This document shows, in pieces, positions 9,974 through 19,018 of a stretch of 26,361 nucleotides of DNA. The stretch comes from Clostridiales bacterium (GTDB lineage Bacteria; Bacillota; Clostridia; Tissierellales; Dethiosulfatibacteraceae). The position numbers were made by a program, and so were the translations under genes. The stretch's first letter is position 1; the number at the start of each line of letters is the position of its first letter. The stretch lies in the NCBI GenBank assembly GCA_003446975.1, contig DMAP01000023.1, forward strand, positions 1-26,361, written 5' to 3'. The notes beneath the pieces are model-generated. The model did no database searches. It saw nothing but the letters and a program-made list of their open reading frames with translations, and was not told the origin of the DNA.

Positions 9974-11254
9974 TTATTTTGTCACCACTCTGATAGCTTT
10001 ATCGAAATCATTGATAACGTCATCAATATTTTCAAGTCCTACGGATACCCTTATGAGATCGGGCAAAACGCCTGCGGATATCTGCTGTTCTTCAGTCAGT
10101 TGTCTGTGGGTTGTGCTGGCGGGGTGTAGGATGCTGGTTCGTAAATCGCCCAAATGAACGACCATCGCTACCAAATCCAGATGCTTTATCAATTCCTTTC
10201 CAGCTTTTGCGCCACCCTTGATACCAAAAGTCAGGATGCCACTGCCACCCTCCGGCAGATATTTTTTTGCCAACTCATAGGTCTTGTGAGTTTTCAGCAA
10301 GGGATAGCTTACCCAACTGACGCCTGGGTGACCACTCAAGAATTCAGCCAACTTCAGGGCATTTGCGCAATGTCTCTCCATTCTCAGATGCAATGTCTCC
10401 AAACCAAGATGAAACAAAAATGCACTGAAGGGACTCATGGTGGCTCCAAGATCTCTCAATAGCTGAACGCGTGCCTTGGTAATATAAGCAGCCTTTCCAA
10501 AGTCTCTGACATATTGGATGCCATGGTAGCTTGGATCCGGTTCAACCAGCTCAGGAAACTTGCCATTGTCCCAATTGAATGATCCGCCATCAATAATCAC
10601 ACCGCCGATACTTGTTGCATGTCCATCTGTATATTTGGTTGTTGAATGAATTATAATGTCCACACCATGCTCAAAGGGTCTGCATAGTATCGGAGTTGCA
10701 AGGGTGTTGTCCACAATAAAAGGAACATCGATTTCTTTTGCGACTTTGCTGAACTTTCCAAAGTCCAGTATGTTCAATCCAGGATTTCCGACGGTTTCCC
10801 CAAACAATACCTTGGTGTTTGGTTTTGCAGCTCCAATAATCTCTTCATATGAGGCATCCGGATTGATAAATGTCACATCGATGCCCATTTTCTTGAAGGT
10901 AACTGCAAAGAGGTTGTAGGTTCCCCCATATATTGTTGATGATGAAAGAATATGATCTCCTGCCTGGCAGATATTGAGTATGGCCAATGTAGTCGCCGCC
11001 TGTCCGGATGATGCGCCAAGGGCACCAACGCCACCCTCAAGTAGCGCCATCTTATTCTCGAATTCGGATACTGTGGGATTGCTGATTCTGGAATACATAT
11101 GGGTGGCGCTTTTGAGATCAAACAGATCAGCCACGTCGTCAGAATCATAATACTGATAGGTTGTGCTTTGTGCTATAGGCAAAACTCTGGGCTCTCCCGA
11201 TTTAGGCTTATAGGTCCCCTGTACACATTGTGTCTCGATTTTATAGTTTTTCAT
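9974..11254 (-). CDS. metY: O-acetylhomoserine aminocarboxypropyltransferase (OAH sulfhydrylase)
   Basis: YSRISNPT, SSGQAA, YGGTYNLF, DNTLATP, PLP motif HSTTKY, HPASTTHRQL; SD AAGGAGG. Confidence 0.95.
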   Translation of the reverse strand: MKNYKIETQCVQGTYKPKSGEPRVLPIAQSTTYQYYDSDDVADLFDLKSATHMYSRISNPTVSEFENKMALLEGGVGALGASSGQAATTLAILNICQAGDHILSSSTIYGGTYNLFAVTFKKMGIDVTFINPDASYEEIIGAAKPNTKVLFGETVGNPGLNILDFGKFSKVAKEIDVPFIVDNTLATPILCRPFEHGVDIIIHSTTKYTDGHATSIGGVIIDGGSFNWDNGKFPELVEPDPSYHGIQYVRDFGKAAYITKARVQLLRDLGATMSPFSAFLFHLGLETLHLRMERHCANALKLAEFLSGHPGVSWVSYPLLKTHKTYELAKKYLPEGGSGILTFGIKGGAKAGKELIKHLDLVAMVVHLGDLRTSILHPASTTHRQLTEEQQISAGVLPDLIRVSVGLENIDDVINDFDKAIRVVTK

Positions 11255-11285
11255 TTGTCCTCCTTCAACTGTAGCTTAGCGTTTT

Positions 11286-11312
11286 AAAAAGCCGCTTCTA
11301 TAAGAAGCGGCT
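11286..11312 (-). terminator. SAM riboswitch expression-platform terminator
   Basis: Minus strand AGCCGCTTCT-tat-AGAAGCGGCT followed by TTTT, between the aptamer and metY. Confidence 0.85.
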
Positions 11313-11324
11313 CGGAATCCCAAT

Positions 11325-11427
11325 CTTCTTATCTCCCAGTTTGCACTGTTGGAATTGGCACCTTGCGCACAATGCGTAGGTTGCCGAGGTTTCGTAGGGC
11401 CATTCCCTCCACCTCTCATGATAAGTT
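11325..11427 (-). ncRNA. SAM-I (S-box) riboswitch upstream of metY-metA
   Basis: Minus strand CTTATCATGAGAGGTGGAGGGAATGGCCCTACGAAACCTCGGCAACC...AAGGTGCCAATTCC...CAGT...ACTGGGAGATAAG, matching the S-box consensus. Confidence 0.96.
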
Positions 11428-11450
11428 ACAGTTATTTTATATTTTCAATT

Positions 11451-11479
11451 ATCTTAAACGCTGTGGCAATTTTTGTCAA
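11451..11479 (-). promoter_or_regulatory. Sigma-A promoter for the SAM leader/metY
   Basis: Minus strand TTGACA (11474-11479), 17 nt spacer, TAAGAT (11451-11456). Confidence 0.75.
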
Positions 11480-11497
11480 GGGCTTTCTGAACTGCAA

Positions 11498-12166
11498 TCA
11501 GTTTTGCATATAAAATCGGTAGGATATTCTTAAAGAAACAAGCATCAAAATGACACACATGGAGATGGACACCAACCGATTTGAAATGATCAGGCTACCT
11601 GATTGCTCCAAGGTCTCCAGGATAAGCTTCCCCCAGGAGAAGTCCCTGAGCTTTATATATAAGAACGGAATCAGTATAATCAGCATGTAGAGAACACGGG
11701 TTATGTGGGACAGCTTCATATAACCGAATCGGTAATAAAGCGGTTGCATAAAGGACACATATATGATGACGATAAAAAGAGAGGCGCCATAAGAAGCTAG
11801 ATATACTTCCGGATTTTTTATAACAACGCCATTAGTCAATGGTATGATAGAAACCGTGACAAGCGCCATGAGATAAAACAATAGCATCGTCAAATACCTG
11901 CTGTTGACCAAGGTGACTTGCTTGATCGGCAGACTCTTGAAGATGATATCAATCTTGTCTTTCTCCTCTACGGACATAACCGTTATGGATCCGACGTATA
12001 CTGTAAACAATATGGATAAGCTGATCAGGATGCCTATTCTCGACACATCAACACTGGCAATGCTAATAAAACTGATGCCAAAGGGATACAGCAGCATTAC
12101 CAATAAGATTCGGTTTTTGAACAGCATCATCAGATCTTTTTTTATCAAATAATAGTAATTAGCCAT
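11498..12166 (-). CDS. ABC-2 family transporter permease
   Basis: About six TM helices; LIKKDL N-terminus; SLPIKQVTLVNSRY motif. ATG 12166 with SD GAGGT is preferred over TTG 12178. Confidence 0.85.
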   Translation of the reverse strand: MANYYYLIKKDLMMLFKNRILLVMLLYPFGISFISIASVDVSRIGILISLSILFTVYVGSITVMSVEEKDKIDIIFKSLPIKQVTLVNSRYLTMLLFYLMALVTVSIIPLTNGVVIKNPEVYLASYGASLFIVIIYVSFMQPLYYRFGYMKLSHITRVLYMLIILIPFLYIKLRDFSWGKLILETLEQSGSLIISNRLVSISMCVILMLVSLRISYRFYMQN

Positions 12167-12174
12167 GGTTAACC

Positions 12175-12795
12175 TCAAAACTCTTTTCTCAAGTACGCAT
12201 TGATCGATACCACCCTGGAAAGAAACAACAGGATAAAAACTGCTGGAATCATCGCATAGCCAACACCATTGGGCAAGGTATCCGAATTGGTCGTTGTGAT
12301 AATCACGTTTGAAAAATTGAACATCATAATGAACATGATCATGTTGATCACTTTGCTTTTACTGTACGGGTAAATGATGGTCACAGGAATGGAGATGGCA
12401 ACCAATAAACCTGAAATCACTAAAGATACAAACACACCATCCCAAAAACCTGACACATAATCACCGATCCATCCCATTTTCACAAAACCATAATAGAATC
12501 CCATCACAATCAGCAGATTAAAGACATATAGTATCAATGCCGATAGATATTTTGCATTCACAATGTCTTTTCTATTCGTTGGCAGACTGTTTAATACTCT
12601 GGTGTAATCGGTGCTTTCATCCAACTGGTCCACATAGGTGACTGATAGGAAAACAAGACTTGGAATGATGCGGAGAAACAGGCCATTATTATTTAAGAAC
12701 ACATCTCCAAGAAGCATCAAGAGTGACATGAATGCAATCTCAAAAGCTATTATTTTCTTCTGTAACAAAAATGATCTTTGCAGAAGTTCTTTCAT
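12175..12795 (-). CDS. ABC-2 family transporter permease
   Basis: 206 aa, about six TM helices, SLPTNRKDIVNAKY motif; ATGA overlap with the ATPase gene. Confidence 0.87.
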   Translation of the reverse strand: MKELLQRSFLLQKKIIAFEIAFMSLLMLLGDVFLNNNGLFLRIIPSLVFLSVTYVDQLDESTDYTRVLNSLPTNRKDIVNAKYLSALILYVFNLLIVMGFYYGFVKMGWIGDYVSGFWDGVFVSLVISGLLVAISIPVTIIYPYSKSKVINMIMFIMMFNFSNVIITTTNSDTLPNGVGYAMIPAVFILLFLSRVVSINAYLRKEF

Positions 12796-13652
12796 CTGAT
12801 GCCTCCCACTGTATATACCATAATATCCTCCAAAGAAGCCTTTTCAATCATGATTGTCTCTTTGAACCTGTTTTTCATCTGATCTTTTTTATTGGTCAAC
12901 CCCTCAAATCCGAATGCGTTTTTTCTTAGACCCACCAGATTGGCTTTGAACTCTTCATTCAAGAGATCCAGTCCGCCCTTAACGATTGCATATTGATCTA
13001 AAATATTGTCCTTGTCCGTGCTGAATACCATTTGACCATCATTTATAAAAGTAACATAGTCGGCAATCTTCTCCAAATCTGTTGTGATATGGGTTGAAAA
13101 CAGTACGCTTCTTTCGCCTTGCTCAATGTACTCCTTCAAAATATCCAATATTTCACTTCTAAAAACAGGGTCAAGGCCTGAGGTTGGCTCGTCCATGAGC
13201 AAAAAGTCAGCATCGTGGGAGAGAGCTATGGCCAGCTGAAATTTAATCTTCATTCCCTGTGACAGCTGGGAAAGCTTTTGATCCGGGTTCAGCTTGAATC
13301 TTTTTAGATAGTTGTCAAAAGTATTCCAGTTCCATTTTGAATAGAACGGGGCAATCAGCTTGACGTTGTCTTTGATTTTAAAGGTCTCGTAATAGTTGCA
13401 CTGGTCATAGACAAACCCAATTCTGTCTTTTATCTTTACTTCATGGTCCATCAGGTCTTCATCAAATATCTTGACTTCACCGCTGTCTTTCTGTATCAGA
13501 TTCATGATCAGTTTGATGGTAGTGGTCTTTCCGGCACCGTTGGGACCTATGAAACCCATGATATAGCCGGGCTCCAGTTTAAAGCTTATATTTTCCAGTG
13601 AAAACTCACCGTATTTTTTTGATAGATTATTGATTTTAAGTATGCTCTCCAT
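12792..13652 (-). CDS. ABC transporter ATP-binding protein (YtrB/DrrA-like)
   Basis: Walker A GPNGAGKTT, signature LSQGM, Walker B LLMDEPTSGLD, H-loop STH. Confidence 0.95.
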   Translation of the reverse strand: MESILKINNLSKKYGEFSLENISFKLEPGYIMGFIGPNGAGKTTTIKLIMNLIQKDSGEVKIFDEDLMDHEVKIKDRIGFVYDQCNYYETFKIKDNVKLIAPFYSKWNWNTFDNYLKRFKLNPDQKLSQLSQGMKIKFQLAIALSHDADFLLMDEPTSGLDPVFRSEILDILKEYIEQGERSVLFSTHITTDLEKIADYVTFINDGQMVFSTDKDNILDQYAIVKGGLDLLNEEFKANLVGLRKNAFGFEGLTNKKDQMKNRFKETIMIEKASLEDIMVYTVGGIR

Positions 13653-13663
13653 TCCAATCTCCT

Positions 13664-14035
13664 TTATTCCTCTGTAAGAATTTTAATGATATTAATGATC
13701 TCGTCCTTTTCAACTCCCAGCATCATTGCCTGATCGACAATTTCTGCCAGTTGATCTTGAATGATCTTTAGTTTTTTCTCTTTCAAAAGGGAAAGATTCT
13801 GTGGCGCCACATAGCTGCCTTTTCCGGGAACAGTCTCTATGAAGCCTTCCTTTTCCAGCTCCTCATAGCTTCGCTTGGTTGTTATGACACTGATTTGAAG
13901 CTCTCTTGCCAATCCCCTGATGGATGGTAGCAAGTAGCCTTCCTCCAAGGTTCCTTTAATGATCTGGTCTCTGATTTGCTTGGATATCTGCTCGTATATA
14001 GGTTCCTGACTTGCATTGGATATCAGTATCTTCAT
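13664..14035 (-). CDS. GntR family transcriptional regulator, YtrA subfamily
   Basis: 123 aa; PIYEQI, LPSIRGLARELQISVITTKRSYEELE, PGKGSYV; short C-domain; first gene of an ABC operon. Confidence 0.95.
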   Translation of the reverse strand: MKILISNASQEPIYEQISKQIRDQIIKGTLEEGYLLPSIRGLARELQISVITTKRSYEELEKEGFIETVPGKGSYVAPQNLSLLKEKKLKIIQDQLAEIVDQAMMLGVEKDEIINIIKILTEE

Positions 14036-14060
14036 TTGCCACTCCGTTTATACTATATAT

Positions 14061-14111
14061 ACTGTTTATATATGATATGTACAGTTTAAGATATAGTTTA
14101 ATTTTTGTCAA
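14061..14111 (-). promoter_or_regulatory. Sigma-A promoter with an overlapping YtrA-type operator
   Basis: Minus strand TTGACA (14106-14111), 17 nt spacer, TAAACT (14083-14088). Imperfect inverted repeat ACTGT-nn-ATAT-n3-ATAT-nn-ACAGT at 14061-14085 covers the -10/+1 region. Confidence 0.75.
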
Positions 14112-14121
14112 GAATTTTTAT

Positions 14122-14169
14122 AAAAAAATATCATCCTCCTAAGAAATCTCCTCAGAAAATGATATTTTT
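14122..14169 (-). terminator. Probable intrinsic terminator after hutI
   Basis: Inverted repeat AAAAATATCAT...ATGATATTTTT, extendable with G-U pairs on the minus strand and ending in a T-run. Confidence 0.6.
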
Positions 14170-14206
14170 AGATGTTTTTACTTAAGTAAGATATGCTTAT
14201 ACTCGC

Positions 14207-15454
14207 TTAAAGACCTACAACCACTTGTCCTCTCTTAATGACTGTTGCCACAAAGTTTTGGCCATGCTTGTATGCTACGTCCTTATAATTGTCTGTGTCC
14301 CATATTTGAATATCAGCAATTTTATCAACCTCGAGACTTCCCAACTCATGATTCCTTCTCAGTGCGGCAGCACCCCCTAAAGTTGTGGCTTTGATTGCCT
14401 CCTCCACGCTCATCTGATGTTTTCTACAGGCCAGTGTTATGACAAAGAACTGTGATTCGACCCAATTCCCCGGATTGAGATTGGTTGCCAGGGCGACCTG
14501 CATACCCGCATCCAGCATTGGTCTTGGATTAAATGGCAAGGGGTGGGTGACGGAGAAATCCGTACCCGGTAAAAACACACCAACAACCTTGGCATCTATC
14601 ATCTTCTTGATAGCGGCCTCCGGTGTATAGTTCAGGTGGTCTCCTGACATCATTCCCATTTCTGCGGCCAGGTCTGATCCGCCAATATAGGAGTAGCAAT
14701 CTGTGTGAATCTTGGCCTCAAGCTTATGATCCATTCCTGCTCTTAAGACTTTTTCAGCATCTTTGGCGGTATAGTAGCCCTCATCCACCCATATGTCACA
14801 GGCTTCTGCCAGGTTTTCCTCTGCAACCTGAGGAATCATTTCATTGATCAAAAAATCAATATATCTGTCCTTTGACATTTCCATCGGCCATCCATGGGCA
14901 CCCAGAAAAGTGGTTGATATATCAGCTTTTGAGTTTTGTTTCAATTTTGATATGACTTTGAGCTGTTTCAATTCGGTCTCTTTATCAAGACCATAACCGC
15001 TTTTAATCTCAATCGTTGTCGTTCCGTTTCTGACCATTCTGTCGATTTTTTTATGGCTCTCCAGATACAGCGACGCTTCCGGTTCCAATCTGGTCATATC
15101 TACCGATGCTGCCATGCCCGTTTTGAATCCAGTTGCTCTATACTTCTCCAAACCACCGGGAACCAATCCTGCAGCGTACTCCTCAACTCTTGATTTTCCA
15201 AATACAAGATGAGTGTGACAATCAACGAATCCAGGAAGGACAACCCTGTCGGAGCCATCAATAACCTTACAATCCCTTCTATCGATTTGTTGTTCGTAGG
15301 CTTCTTTGTTTCCAACAAATATGATTCTTTCGCCTTTTATGGCTATATATCCATTCTGTATCAAACCCACCAGATCCGGACTGTTTTCAGATACTGTCAG
15401 CAACTGAGCGCAATTCTCTATTGCCAGATCCGGCTTTAGCAATCCATTAATCAT
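14207..15454 (-). CDS. hutI: Imidazolonepropionase-family amidohydrolase (divergent active site)
   Basis: PGFVDCHTHLVF, GTTTIEIKSGYGL, TFLGAH, DHL and NPG present. Non-canonical KIHTDC and LATNLNPG replace HADE/HAEQ and LATDFNPG. Confidence 0.88.
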   Translation of the reverse strand: MINGLLKPDLAIENCAQLLTVSENSPDLVGLIQNGYIAIKGERIIFVGNKEAYEQQIDRRDCKVIDGSDRVVLPGFVDCHTHLVFGKSRVEEYAAGLVPGGLEKYRATGFKTGMAASVDMTRLEPEASLYLESHKKIDRMVRNGTTTIEIKSGYGLDKETELKQLKVISKLKQNSKADISTTFLGAHGWPMEMSKDRYIDFLINEMIPQVAEENLAEACDIWVDEGYYTAKDAEKVLRAGMDHKLEAKIHTDCYSYIGGSDLAAEMGMMSGDHLNYTPEAAIKKMIDAKVVGVFLPGTDFSVTHPLPFNPRPMLDAGMQVALATNLNPGNWVESQFFVITLACRKHQMSVEEAIKATTLGGAAALRRNHELGSLEVDKIADIQIWDTDNYKDVAYKHGQNFVATVIKRGQVVVGL

Positions 15455-15500
15455 ACCTTTGAAACCTCCTTTATAGGTCTATCAACAGTTTAAACTTGTC

Positions 15501-17030
15501 TCAGCAGAGTGACCCGACAACATCTTCAACAGTTTCCAACAGCCTACCTGAGGCAATCAACTCTGTAGAAATATCCATGTCCTTATAGATAAGTCGATCT
15601 GATTCCATAAAGGTAACCCTGTCCCTCAGCTGTCTGTAAGCTTCAGCCGATCCAGCGCCCAGCTGACCGGCATCCTTGAAATCAACTGCCTGTGCTGCAC
15701 AAAGCAGCTCAACCCCCAACACCGATTGGACATGGCCAATAATCACACGCGCTTTTCTGGCGGCTATGGTTCCCATGCTGACATGGTCTTCCTGATTGGC
15801 TGATGTTGGTATGGAATCAACACTGGCTGGATGTGCCAATACCTTGTTTTCAGATACCAGGGATGCAGCAGCATATTGGGGTACCATAAATCCGCAGTTG
15901 ATACCACCCTCCTTGACCAGAAATCCGGGGAGCCCACTCAATGTGGGATTAACCAGTCTTTCTATACGTCTTTCCGATATGTTGGCATACTCTGCCATAG
16001 CAATCCCCAATGTATCCATAGCGATAGCAACGGGTTGTCCGTGGAAATTGCCTCCTGAATAGGCCTCTTCCGTATCCGTGAAGATCAGTGGGTTATCCGT
16101 GGCTGAATTGATTTCTGTCTCTATAACCTGCCTGACATAATCCAAGGCCAGTCTGCTTGCCCCATGAATCTGTGGAGTGCACCTGAGAGAATAGGCGTCC
16201 TGCATTCTCTTTTCGCCTTGTCTTGTTGTCAACTTGCTGTTTTCACAAAGTTTCAGGAGATTTCTTGCGCATTCTATCTGACCCTTGTGAGGCCTGGCAA
16301 GATGGATTCGTTCATCAAAGGCATCCGTTATGCCCTCCAGGGCTTCTAAGGTCAATGTGGCAATCACATCAGCTGTTTTAGTGATGACTATGGCATCATA
16401 AACCGCCAGGCTTCCAACCGCCATCATTGCACAGGTGCCATTGATCAGAGCGAGTCCTTCTTTTGCCTGAAGTGTGACCATTGGAATACCTGCTCTTTCC
16501 ATAGCCTCCAGTCCTTCCAGCACCTCTCCATTATACTCAGCCTCCCCTAATCCAATCATGGGAAGCACCATATGGGCAAGAGGGCAAAGGTCGCCGCTTG
16601 ATCCGACCGATCCCTTTTCTCTGATTTGAGGATGTACACCTTTGTTGAGCATGTCGATCAAAGTCTGAACCACTTCAAGCCTGATGCCTGAAAATCCCTT
16701 CACCAAGGCATTGGCTCTAAGTAGAATCATAGCCCTTACGATCTCCGTATCAAAATTGTCTCCAATACCAACCGCATCAGCTACAATCAGATTTCTTTGA
16801 AGCTCCTCAAGTTGGTCTGCGGAAATACTAACATCACTAAACTTCCCAAAACCTGTATTGATGCCATAAATGGCTCTGTCTTCAGCAAGAAATTTTTCCA
16901 CAAGATCTCTCGACTCATTTATTTTTCTTTTTCCCTCTTGAGTAAGTTCGACCTTGGTTCCTTTTCTTGAAACCTGAACCACTTCTTCAAGGGTCAGGCT
17001 ATTGCCGTCTAAATATACGATAGGATTCAT
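15501..17030 (-). CDS. hutH: Histidine ammonia-lyase-family aromatic amino acid lyase (divergent specificity residues)
   Basis: YGINTGFG, KEGLALINGT, QDAYSLRC, DNPL, GGNFHGQP and SANQEDHVSMG present. MIO tripeptide is SSG; LIVADAVG replaces the canonical LxxSHAxG. Confidence 0.9.
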   Translation of the reverse strand: MNPIVYLDGNSLTLEEVVQVSRKGTKVELTQEGKRKINESRDLVEKFLAEDRAIYGINTGFGKFSDVSISADQLEELQRNLIVADAVGIGDNFDTEIVRAMILLRANALVKGFSGIRLEVVQTLIDMLNKGVHPQIREKGSVGSSGDLCPLAHMVLPMIGLGEAEYNGEVLEGLEAMERAGIPMVTLQAKEGLALINGTCAMMAVGSLAVYDAIVITKTADVIATLTLEALEGITDAFDERIHLARPHKGQIECARNLLKLCENSKLTTRQGEKRMQDAYSLRCTPQIHGASRLALDYVRQVIETEINSATDNPLIFTDTEEAYSGGNFHGQPVAIAMDTLGIAMAEYANISERRIERLVNPTLSGLPGFLVKEGGINCGFMVPQYAAASLVSENKVLAHPASVDSIPTSANQEDHVSMGTIAARKARVIIGHVQSVLGVELLCAAQAVDFKDAGQLGAGSAEAYRQLRDRVTFMESDRLIYKDMDISTELIASGRLLETVEDVVGSLC

Positions 17031-17046
17031 CTATGCCTCCTTGGTT

Positions 17047-18762
17047 TTATCTGACTGCTCTTCCCTTAGGTCCAAATGTCACAAACTCAGCCGGTTGCCA
17101 CCATAACGGCACCTTGATTGATTCATCGGTCAGCTTTCCTTTTCCGTTCGCTACATCTCTTGCGGTTTCATAGCCAGCCTGAGCATGTCTCACAACCCCA
17201 ATCCCTGAGTCTACAGTCAGAGCAGAGTCAAGTCTTAAATCAGCTTCCTCCGTACCGTCTGCTATCATTGTCACACCGGTATGGACTGCCTCGCCCATGG
17301 AGTAATTTGCCTGTATGGCAATCAGGTCGCAGCCAGCCGCACAATTTAGCAAAGCATTCAGATATGGCCAGTCTGATATCAGGTCGCCACCATCCTTCAT
17401 GTTTTCGGATTCAAAGGTTGGATTGACGATAGAGCCGGAGTCCAGGTTGTCTCTCGAGAAGGCAACGGGTCCCTTTAATTCGCCTTTTCGAACCATTTCG
17501 TTGATGGCAAGCCCGAACTTTCTTCGCTGTCCGAATCCCATGTAGCAGATTCTTGCAGGCAGTCCTTCTATAGGCAGATTTCGTCTTGCCAGATTGATCC
17601 ATCTCTCTACAAGTGGGTCTCCCTTGCAGATTTCAAGGGCAAGATCGTCTGTCTTTCTTAGATCTTCCGGGTCTCCCGACATGCAGATCCATCTGAATGG
17701 TCCTCTTCCCTCACAGAAAAGTGGTCTGATATACTCCGATACAAATCCCGGTATCGTCATGGCCTCAGCCTCAGGCATTCCAGCATCCCTGCACTCTTTT
17801 CTGATGCTGGTGCCGTACTCGAAGACCTCAACACCTTTCTTATAGAATTTATTCATGACGGTCAGCTGTCGTTTCATAGTCTCTCTTGCATCCTTCAGAT
17901 AAGCCTGTCTGTTTCTTGCTCTGTAGTCATCTGCTTCTTCGCCTGTATAGCCTGAAGGGATATAGGATATGGGATCATGGCATGGACACATCTCGCTGAT
18001 TATGTCTGGCATAAATCCTTTGCTATAGGCCTCTTCAAAGACATCCGCCGCATTGCCCACCACCGCAACGGAAGTAGGTCTTTTTTCAGCAACCGCCTTT
18101 CTTGCGATTTCAATAGCCTCATCTAAAGAGTAAACCTTTTGATCGAGATAATTTTTCTCTATTCTTCTGTCTATGATGCGCTCATCGGCATCTACGATGA
18201 TAGCGACTCCGCCATGCATCTTCATAGCCCAGCTCTGATTGCCTCCCATGCCGCCTGCTCCGGCTGTCAGATAGATCCTTCCAGTTAAGTCATTGCCAAA
18301 CTTTTTCATGGCTATAGCCGAAAGGGTTTCGAATGTTCCCTGTATAACGCCCTGAGTACCGATATATTCCCATGGTGCCGCTGTGTATTGGGCAAATATA
18401 GTCAGGTTTTTATCCTGAAGGTCATAGAATGTCTCCCAGGTCGCCTTCATGATATTGGTGGTTGCCATAACCACCCTAGGCGCCAATCTTTGGGTTCTGA
18501 ATACGGCTACCGGCATACCTGATTGGATGACCAGCGTCTCATTATTTTCAAGCTCTTTTAATGCCTTTACGATGGCATGGTACGATTCCCAGTTTCTGGC
18601 GCACTTGCCGTTTCCTCCGTAGATCACAAGAAGTTCCGGAATTTCAGCGTTCTCCATGTTGTTTTCCAGCATCCTCAATAAGGACTCCTGTTTCCATCCC
18701 TTGCATCTCAGCGTATCGCCTCTCTGGGCTTTGACTTCATATAAAACTTCAGCATTGCTCAT
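17047..18762 (-). CDS. hutU: Urocanate hydratase-family protein (divergent)
   Basis: LVIYGG, QSG, YIGTQG..QGTFET, NAD-binding TAGAGGMGG, YIRPLFCEGRGPFRW, GLPARIC and DWP.LNALLN present, with many substrate-pocket substitutions; SD GGAGG. Confidence 0.9.
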   Translation of the reverse strand: MSNAEVLYEVKAQRGDTLRCKGWKQESLLRMLENNMENAEIPELLVIYGGNGKCARNWESYHAIVKALKELENNETLVIQSGMPVAVFRTQRLAPRVVMATTNIMKATWETFYDLQDKNLTIFAQYTAAPWEYIGTQGVIQGTFETLSAIAMKKFGNDLTGRIYLTAGAGGMGGNQSWAMKMHGGVAIIVDADERIIDRRIEKNYLDQKVYSLDEAIEIARKAVAEKRPTSVAVVGNAADVFEEAYSKGFMPDIISEMCPCHDPISYIPSGYTGEEADDYRARNRQAYLKDARETMKRQLTVMNKFYKKGVEVFEYGTSIRKECRDAGMPEAEAMTIPGFVSEYIRPLFCEGRGPFRWICMSGDPEDLRKTDDLALEICKGDPLVERWINLARRNLPIEGLPARICYMGFGQRRKFGLAINEMVRKGELKGPVAFSRDNLDSGSIVNPTFESENMKDGGDLISDWPYLNALLNCAAGCDLIAIQANYSMGEAVHTGVTMIADGTEEADLRLDSALTVDSGIGVVRHAQAGYETARDVANGKGKLTDESIKVPLWWQPAEFVTFGPKGRAVR

Positions 18763-18806
18763 TTTAATCCTCCCAATTTCAGTTCATCGTATTTTAATCT
18801 ATATAA

Positions 18807-18823
18807 AGCAATAAACGTGCCAG
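18807..18823 (-). promoter_or_regulatory. Sigma-54 (-24/-12) promoter of hutU-hutH-hutI
   Basis: Minus strand CTGGCACGTTTATTGCT matches TGGCAC-N5-TTGC; a sigma-54 activator gene is adjacent. Confidence 0.92.
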
Positions 18824-18893
18824 TTTTTCATTGGTCTAAGACATGTTGTTTCAAGCCTCACATAAATCCTTTCTCTTGATTCGATATAAAAAT

Positions 18894-18908
18894 GTATAAT
18901 ATTTATAC
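18894..18908. promoter_or_regulatory. Putative activator binding site (UAS 1)
   Basis: Palindrome GTATAA-tat-TTATAC about 80 bp upstream of the -24 element. Confidence 0.7.
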
Positions 18909-18958
18909 GTTAATTTTGGAAAAATTTGCAGTTACAATACTTCTATTGATAATGTTAT

Positions 18959-18973
18959 GTATAAATTTTATAC
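18959..18973. promoter_or_regulatory. Putative activator binding site (UAS 2)
   Basis: Palindrome GTATAA-att-TTATAC, 65 bp from UAS 1 and just upstream of the regulator's own -35. Confidence 0.7.
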
Positions 18974-18980
18974 TGTTCTC

Positions 18981-19010
18981 TTGTCATGCATCATTTTGAT
19001 GTGATATAAT
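18981..19010 (+). promoter_or_regulatory. Sigma-A promoter of the sigma-54 activator gene
   Basis: TTGTCA (18981-18986), 18 nt spacer, TATAAT (19005-19010) with TGn extension. Confidence 0.7.
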
Positions 19011-19018
19011 GCCTTAAA

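Noticed and set aside
14207..18762. Ergothioneine degradation, or pseudogene decay, as the explanation for the hut divergence
   Set aside because: The lyase retains an MIO-forming Ser-Gly, and the downstream genes are HutI/FTCD-type (needing a formimino carbon) rather than desulfhydrase/hydantoinase. Intact frames and regulatory sites argue against decay. Disfavoured, not formally excluded.
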